Part shown: in pieces, positions 58,719 through 64,000 of the stretch
How the letters are laid out: each line of letters opens with the position of its first letter
Numbering within the stretch: the first letter of the stretch is position 1
From: an uncultured Oscillospiraceae bacterium
GTDB lineage: Bacteria; Bacillota; Clostridia; Oscillospirales; Ruminococcaceae
Assembly: GCA_947522735.1 (NCBI GenBank)
Contig: CANNTZ010000002.1
Coordinates: 1-64,000, forward strand
DNA: 64,000 bases
Direction: 5' to 3'
Notes under the pieces: generated by a model
What the model was told of the DNA's origin: nothing
Database searches by the model: none
Seen by the model: only the letters and a program-made list of their open reading frames with translations
Translations under genes and position numbers: made by a program

Positions 58719-59615
58719 ATGATAAAATTTGTTACAATAACGCCGGTCGATAAGGGGTGGTCCGGCGATAAAAAATTCCATGCCGTGGCGGAGGACGGCA
58801 GGGAGTATCTGCTGCGCGTGATGCCGCCGGAAAAGAGCGCGAGGCAGCGCGATATCCTCAAGCTGACGCGGCGGCTCCGCGACATGGGCGTGCCCTTATG
58901 CCGTCCGGTCGCGCTCGAGGAGTGCAGCGACGGTGCATATCTGCTGCAAGACTGGATCGACGGGCGCGACGCGCTCAAGGTAATCCCACAGCTTTCACCT
59001 GACGAGCAGTATGCCTACGGGCTTAACGCCGGACGCATTCTCACCGTGATACACTCCGTTCCGCCTCCGGAAGACGCCCCTGACTGGGAGACGCGCTTTG
59101 GCCGCAAGCTCGACCGAAAGCTCAGGCTATACAGCGAATGCCCTCTCAAATATGAACGCGGCGGGCTCTTTGTCGAATTCATCGCCGAAAACCGTCGCCT
59201 GCTGCGCGGACGCCCTCAATGTCTCCAGCACGGCGATTATCACATCGGCAATATGATGCTCGACCGCGCCGTACGGCTCGTCGTCATTGACTTCGACCGC
59301 ATCGACTACGGGGATCCGTGGGAGGAATTCAACCGCATCGTCTGGTGCGCGCAGGCGTCTCGGGATTTTGCATTCGGGATGATGGACGGCTACTTTGACG
59401 GCTGTGTGCCGGACATTTTCTGGCGGCTGACGGCGCTCTATATCAGCTCCAACACCCTCTCGTCGCTCCCGTGGGCGATACCGTTCGGACAAAAGGAGCT
59501 TGACGTGATGACGGCGCAGGCGCGCGAGGTGCTGGAATGGTACGGCGACATGAGCCGCACGACGCCGTCATGGTATCAAAAACGCGAGGTGAAGCAGAAT
59601 GACCGACCTTCTTGA
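58719..59615 (+). CDS. aminoglycoside/choline-kinase-like phosphotransferase family protein
   Basis: HGDYHIGNMMLD (Brenner motif), VIDFDRIDYGDPWEEF (DFG-like). Confidence 0.75.
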   Translation: MIKFVTITPVDKGWSGDKKFHAVAEDGREYLLRVMPPEKSARQRDILKLTRRLRDMGVPLCRPVALEECSDGAYLLQDWIDGRDALKVIPQLSPDEQYAYGLNAGRILTVIHSVPPPEDAPDWETRFGRKLDRKLRLYSECPLKYERGGLFVEFIAENRRLLRGRPQCLQHGDYHIGNMMLDRAVRLVVIDFDRIDYGDPWEEFNRIVWCAQASRDFAFGMMDGYFDGCVPDIFWRLTALYISSNTLSSLPWAIPFGQKELDVMTAQAREVLEWYGDMSRTTPSWYQKREVKQNDRPS

Positions 59616-60366
59616 CGCGACTGCAATACGCGCGGCGCTTCCGCAAACGCTGCGTGGCTGCGATATTCGCGTTTTCCAGACGCTCGATTCCACCAACAGC
59701 TACGCCCTGCGGCTGCTCGCCGAGGGCGCTGAGAGCGGAACTGCTATTCTTGCCGAAGCACAGACCGCAGGCCGCGGGCGGCTTGGGCGCAGCTTCTATT
59801 CTCCCGCCGGAAGCGGGCTTTATATGAGCATTGTTCTGCGCCCGCGTCTTGAGGATGCCGGGGACGTCCAGCTTGTGACCGTGGCTGCGGCCGTGGCCGT
59901 CTGCCATGCGCTTGACGCGCTGAGGCCGGACGCGAGACCGCAGATAAAATGGGTCAACGACATCTTCATCGGAGGCAAAAAGGCGTGCGGCATCCTCGCC
60001 GAGGCTGTCGCTGCGGGGAGCGGCATAGACGGCGTGGTCGCCGGTATAGGCGTCAACTGCACCACCGGCGCCTTTCCGCCGGAGCTGCGCGATATCGCCT
60101 GCACCGTCGGCGACGTCTCCCGCAACATGCTTGCCGCCAGGATAATCGCCGAACTGTCTGCTTTCGCCGAAAACCTCCGCGCTCCGGAGCTTATCGGCGA
60201 ATATCGCCGCCGGTCATACACCCTTGGGCGGCGCATCGTCTTTGAACGCGACGGCACGTCCGTATATGCCATAGCCGAGGGCATCAACGACAACGGCAAC
60301 CTCATGGTTCGCGAGCCGGACGGCGTACTCACCGTGCTGCGCTCCGGCGAGGCAAGCCTGATTTAG
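59599..60366 (+). CDS. birA: biotin--[acetyl-CoA-carboxylase] ligase (group I, no HTH)
   Basis: QTAGRGRLGRSFYSPAGSGLYMS (GRGRxGR motif), KWVNDIFIGGKKACGIL. Confidence 0.85.
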   Translation: MTDLLDATAIRAALPQTLRGCDIRVFQTLDSTNSYALRLLAEGAESGTAILAEAQTAGRGRLGRSFYSPAGSGLYMSIVLRPRLEDAGDVQLVTVAAAVAVCHALDALRPDARPQIKWVNDIFIGGKKACGILAEAVAAGSGIDGVVAGIGVNCTTGAFPPELRDIACTVGDVSRNMLAARIIAELSAFAENLRAPELIGEYRRRSYTLGRRIVFERDGTSVYAIAEGINDNGNLMVREPDGVLTVLRSGEASLI

Positions 60367-60384
60367 CCGCGCAAAACAAGCAAA

Positions 60385-60415
60385 GGGCCCTGTCCACGTG
60401 CGGACAAGGCCCCTT
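60385..60415. terminator. bidirectional terminator
   Basis: AAAGGGCCcTGTCC...GGACAaGGCCCCTT. Confidence 0.55.
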
Positions 60416-60441
60416 ATTATTCCATTCAAAAGAATTGCGCT

Positions 60442-60999
60442 TCATTCCCGCCAGTCAAGTATCTCGTACAAGCGCTTCCAGCGGTCCGGCTGGTTTGCGT
60501 CCACGATAAGCGGCTTGAAGCCAAGTCGCAGATAAGACTTGACGGCAGGCAGGCGAAAATCGTCGGTTTTGAGCCGCGCAAAGCGCCGCCCCTCCCCCTT
60601 TAGCTTACGCATTGCCGCCTTAACCACCGTTACGCCGAGCTTTTTTCCGGAATATCCCGGCAGCGCGCCGACCATATGTATAACCCCGTAATCCTCGCCG
60701 TAATCGGGAATGAACCACGCCGCCGCCGTCGCGACGGGCTCATCGCCGCAGCAGACGAATATTATCCGCTCCGGGCGGTATTGCGGGTCGGTGAGCATAA
60801 GCTTATCAAAGGAAATATCCGGATTGTTGAAGCTTTCGCCGATAATACGGTCCCACGCGGCGACATCCTCGGCGCAGTCGCGAAATTCGCGCAGCGAATA
60901 GCCCTCCGGGAGCGTCTCCCGCCCGTTTTCGTCGATATCCTCAAGGCTCGCCAGCATCTCAAGCTGCGGCGCGAGGCCCTGCAAGGCTTCCATGTCCAT
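60442..60999 (-). CDS. GNAT family acetyltransferase
   Basis: 185 aa, acetyltransferase fold pattern (HMVGALPGYSGKKLG). Confidence 0.65.
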   Translation of the reverse strand: MDMEALQGLAPQLEMLASLEDIDENGRETLPEGYSLREFRDCAEDVAAWDRIIGESFNNPDISFDKLMLTDPQYRPERIIFVCCGDEPVATAAAWFIPDYGEDYGVIHMVGALPGYSGKKLGVTVVKAAMRKLKGEGRRFARLKTDDFRLPAVKSYLRLGFKPLIVDANQPDRWKRLYEILDWRE

Positions 61000-61133
61000 T
61001 TATCCGACCTCCAATAATGATTATATCACTCACTATTATATATAATATTGAGCGAATTGTCAAGATAATATGACAGTTTCATTCACAGTGTCAGCCCTGT
61101 CCGCAGCCTTGCCCTGCTTGATGTGAACGGCTG

Positions 61134-62264
61134 TTATACAAGCCTTTTGCCGCCGATAAAGACGCTCCGAACGGCGAGAGCTCTGTCGAGAACGACGATA
61201 TCCGCGTCGTAACCCGGAAGGATGCTGCCTGCGCAGCCGTCTAAGCCGAGCGTTTTTGCGGGATTTGCGGTCGCGGCTCTGACGGCCTGCTCAAGCGGTA
61301 CGCCGAAGGAGACGACGCTGCGCAGATCGTCCATGACCGACGCGGCGGAGCCGGCTATAGTGCCGTCCTTGAGCGTCGCGCGGCCCGCTCTGACGGTTAC
61401 CGGCAGGTCGCCGAGGATGTATTCTCCGTCGGAAAGCCCGCAGGCGCGGATGGAATCGCTTATCATAATGACGCGCTCCGCCATCAGCTTGAATACGGTG
61501 CGGATGACCGACGGGTGGACGTGAACGCCGTCGCAGATGAGCTCTGCGTTGAGATTGCTGTCGAAAACCGCGCCGGGCACGCCGGGCTCGCGGTGCAGAA
61601 ACGGCGTCATGGCATTGAAGAAGTGCGTGACCTGCCGCGCGCCCGCCTCACGCGCCAGAAGCGCTGTCTCGTAGCTACAGGCGGTGTGCGCAATGGAGAC
61701 GACGAAGCGTCCGCCAAGCTCGCGGATGAAATCAATCGCGCCCTCAAGCTCCGGCGCAACGTTGACGATGCGCAGCAGTCCTTCGGACTCCCCGTTCAGC
61801 CGCTCGACCAGCTTTGCGTCCGGCAGACGCAGGTATTCCTCGAGATGTGCGCCCTTTTTCGCGTGGCTCAGGAACATGCTCTCAAGGTTGATGCCGCGCA
61901 CCCGCGCGCCTGCGAGCTCCCGCTTCTGCTCTCTGCTGAAGGCGCTGACAGCTCTCATCGCCGCCTCGACGTCCTCAACCTTGAGAGTAGTGACGGTTGC
62001 GGCGACAGAGGTTACGCCGTTTTTGCCGTAATATTCCGACATGGTGCGCATCGACTCAACCCTGCCGTCTCCCCAGTCGCCGCCAAGGCAGCCGTGGGTG
62101 TGCTGGTCGATGAGGCCGGGAATAACATACATGCCCTGTGCGTCGAGCGTGCCGCTTCCGCCGCCAAAATCTCCAATATCTGCGATAACGCCGTTTTCAA
62201 TGCGCACGTCGTGCTTTTCAAATTTGAACTCCGGGGTGAACACGTTTCCGTTTTTGATTATCAT
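61134..62264 (-). CDS. nagA: N-acetylglucosamine-6-phosphate deacetylase
   Basis: GLIDQHTHG metal-binding, amidohydrolase fold, 376 aa. Confidence 0.85.
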   Translation of the reverse strand: MIIKNGNVFTPEFKFEKHDVRIENGVIADIGDFGGGSGTLDAQGMYVIPGLIDQHTHGCLGGDWGDGRVESMRTMSEYYGKNGVTSVAATVTTLKVEDVEAAMRAVSAFSREQKRELAGARVRGINLESMFLSHAKKGAHLEEYLRLPDAKLVERLNGESEGLLRIVNVAPELEGAIDFIRELGGRFVVSIAHTACSYETALLAREAGARQVTHFFNAMTPFLHREPGVPGAVFDSNLNAELICDGVHVHPSVIRTVFKLMAERVIMISDSIRACGLSDGEYILGDLPVTVRAGRATLKDGTIAGSAASVMDDLRSVVSFGVPLEQAVRAATANPAKTLGLDGCAGSILPGYDADIVVLDRALAVRSVFIGGKRLV

Positions 62265-62292
62265 AATATATCGCTTCCTTGTTAAAACGGCA

Positions 62293-62325
62293 GACTCCCG
62301 CCTTGCTTTTGGCGGGAGCCTTTTT
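62293..62325 (-). terminator. intrinsic terminator
   Basis: CTCCCGCC-ttgctttt-GGCGGGAG + TTTTTTTT. Confidence 0.65.
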
Positions 62326-62330
62326 TTTAA

Positions 62331-63359
62331 TTACTTTGTGAGCTTGGAGAGATCCTGTAAGCCGTACTTCTCCTCCATCTTCATCGCCTCCGCGAGCGGA
62401 CGCAGGCCGTCGATGGAGTTCTTCTCGGTGAGGTTGCAGATGGCGGCGCAGCCGGCGACGCGCAGCGCATACGGGATATCGAAGCCTTTATAGATGGAAT
62501 AGAGCATACCGGCGCAGAACGCGTCTCCGGCGCCGACGGTGCCCTTGATGTCGCAGCGCGGGATATCGACCGAGCCGATGGCGTAGAACTCTCCGTTCTT
62601 GTCCATGCACCATCCGCCCTCCGGTGCATGGATGACGACCAGCTCGCCTACGCCCTTCTCGAAAAATACGCGGCAGATGCGCTTGAGGTTCTCGGTTATG
62701 ATCTTCTTGTCGTCGTCGCGAACCTTTATTCCGGCTACGAGCGATGCCTCGACCTCGTTGATGATGGCGTAATCGCAATATTTCAGGCAGGGTGTGACAA
62801 GGCGCGTGAAGCGGTCGGAGGCCTCGCTGACGACGTCCATCGAGGTCTTGATGCCGCGCTGCTTCGCATATGCGAGGGCGCGCGCCATGACGGTGCCGTA
62901 TTCCTCGTCCGGAGCGTCGAATTTGTCCAGCAGCAGCGCATAGCCGATGTGGAGCATATCGACGTCGAGGTTGTCGAAATCGATATCGGTGATATCAAAC
63001 AGCGCGTTCGCTCCCCTGTTGTGGAAGAAGGTACGGGTGCCCGCGTCCATTGCGGACATGACGTCGGTAAAGGAGGTCGCGGCGGCGTCGGTGCGCTTGG
63101 TCATGCTCATATCGACGCCAAGGCCGCTGAGCTTCTCGGTCAGCCAGTCGGCATGCTCGTCGTTGCCCATGAGACCGATGCACTTGAGCGGAACGGTGTT
63201 GTCAAGGAGCGCTATGTCGGCGATGGTGTTCGCGGCGCATCCGCCGGGGCCCGGCTGGATATCGCGAATGTTGGTCAGCATTCCCACCTCGGGGAAGGTG
63301 TCGATCATTTTCACGGTGTCAACTATCAGGTTGCCCGCAATGGCGATGCCCTTGTTCAT
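62331..63359 (-). CDS. PfkB-family carbohydrate kinase (possibly 2-dehydro-3-deoxygluconokinase)
   Basis: ribokinase-like fold, C-terminal GTVGAGDAFCAGML anion-hole motif; adjacent to mannitol-DH-family gene. Confidence 0.7.
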   Translation of the reverse strand: MNKGIAIAGNLIVDTVKMIDTFPEVGMLTNIRDIQPGPGGCAANTIADIALLDNTVPLKCIGLMGNDEHADWLTEKLSGLGVDMSMTKRTDAAATSFTDVMSAMDAGTRTFFHNRGANALFDITDIDFDNLDVDMLHIGYALLLDKFDAPDEEYGTVMARALAYAKQRGIKTSMDVVSEASDRFTRLVTPCLKYCDYAIINEVEASLVAGIKVRDDDKKIITENLKRICRVFFEKGVGELVVIHAPEGGWCMDKNGEFYAIGSVDIPRCDIKGTVGAGDAFCAGMLYSIYKGFDIPYALRVAGCAAICNLTEKNSIDGLRPLAEAMKMEEKYGLQDLSKLTK

Positions 63360-63392
63360 GGTAGTACCTCCAATAATTTTATATTCTGCAAA

Positions 63393-64000
63393 TTATTTGT
63401 TGTAATATTCGACGACTTTGTCGATATCCTTGGCGTCAAGATCGGTGTAACCGGCGAGGAACTCGCGGACGCCCTTTTCGGCAAGCTGCTTCTGAAGCTC
63501 CGGAGCGGTCTTATCCGTAGCAACATCGAACTTGAGCGCGGCCGCAACCGCCCTTAGAATACCGTCGCAGTTCTCGTTCTCGCTGTGGCAGCGCTGGATT
63601 GCGCCCATGAAGCGATCCTTGGGCTTGAGCTTGCGCATCGGATCCTGTCCCACTCTCGCAACGGTGTCGCCGAGCGCGCGGTTGGTGAAGCGGTGCAGCA
63701 GATCGTGGACGTGCGCCTCAAGCGTCTTGAGCTCCACGCCGTAATGCTTGGAGAGGGCACGCGCGGAGGTGAGCATCGCCTCGCTCGCGAGCTTGTATAT
63801 CTCCGGGTCGGCAATGGCCTCGCAGATGAGCTTGTAGCCCTTGAGATAGCCGAAATAGGCACAGACGGCGTGGCCCATGTTGTGGATGTAAAGCTTGCGC
63901 TCCTCATAAAACGCAAACGGAGAAAACGGGATCATGTATTTGACATAGGGGATCTCGCCGCGAAAGCCGTCCCTGTTGACGGGCAGCTCGCAGAACGGCT
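63393..64000 (-). CDS. mannitol dehydrogenase family protein (MtlD/UxuB-like), 3' portion; gene continues beyond window
   Basis: mannitol_dh C-terminal domain pattern (NMGHAVCAYFGYLKGY...). Confidence 0.6.
   Translation of the reverse strand, partial: PFCELPVNRDGFRGEIPYVKYMIPFSPFAFYEERKLYIHNMGHAVCAYFGYLKGYKLICEAIADPEIYKLASEAMLTSARALSKHYGVELKTLEAHVHDLLHRFTNRALGDTVARVGQDPMRKLKPKDRFMGAIQRCHSENENCDGILRAVAAALKFDVATDKTAPELQKQLAEKGVREFLAGYTDLDAKDIDKVVEYYNK

Noticed and set aside
1-64000. CRISPR arrays, integrases, transposases, toxin-antitoxin pairs
   Set aside because: Searched by eye for regularly spaced direct repeats and for DDE/tyrosine-recombinase motifs among ORFs; none found

Overview
This 64-kb window is a high-GC (~60%) bacterial chromosome segment with a Clostridia-like signal pattern (GGAGG-type ribosome-binding sites, frequent GTG/TTG starts, and ATGA-type stop/start overlaps). 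Reading left to right, the window contains the following. (1) The 3' end of a tRNA, followed by a glycyl-radical enzyme (GRE) locus encoding an activating enzyme, a short 674-aa GRE and a divergent AraC regulator. (2) A glycoside hydrolase, HflX, an ABC-F ATPase with an attenuator-like leader, and small acetyltransferase/DUF1653 genes. (3) A thiT transporter gene preceded by a promoter, a TPP riboswitch and a terminator. (4) An SPFH (band-7) protein with a triplicated N-terminal motif and an approximately 440-nt 5' leader. (5) A roughly 20.7-kb, 21-gene polysaccharide biosynthesis operon at 12.7-33.4 kb, all on the minus strand. It has a priming phosphoglycosyl transferase, 5 GT4 and 3 GT2 glycosyltransferases, a GT8-like transferase, an EpsG/Wzy-like polymerase, Wzm/Wzt ABC export, a Stealth hexose-phosphate transferase, a pyruvyl transferase and an acyltransferase-3 gene broken by two in-frame TGA codons. 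At its 5' end is an unusual trio: a PP-loop protein, a D-2-hydroxyacid dehydrogenase and an HpcH-type aldolase. (6) Two tandem esterases. (7) A housekeeping block (ruvX, two histidine-phosphatase paralogs, pyrD/pyrK, upp, rpiB, tsaB/tsaE, fhs, rodA/ftsW, ppiB). (8) A carbohydrate-utilisation region. It holds two large hypothetical glycosidase-like proteins, a lyxose-isomerase-like cupin, GDPD, rsmI, the uxaB-uxaA-oxidoreductase hexuronate operon with a perfect CcpA cre site, a kinase, birA, nagA, a PfkB kinase and a truncated mannitol-dehydrogenase-family gene. No CRISPR array, integrase or transposase was seen. The candidates I rank highest for follow-up are the PP-loop/dehydrogenase/aldolase trio inside the EPS operon, the atypical short GRE, the recoded-or-decayed acyltransferase, and the ABC-F attenuator.
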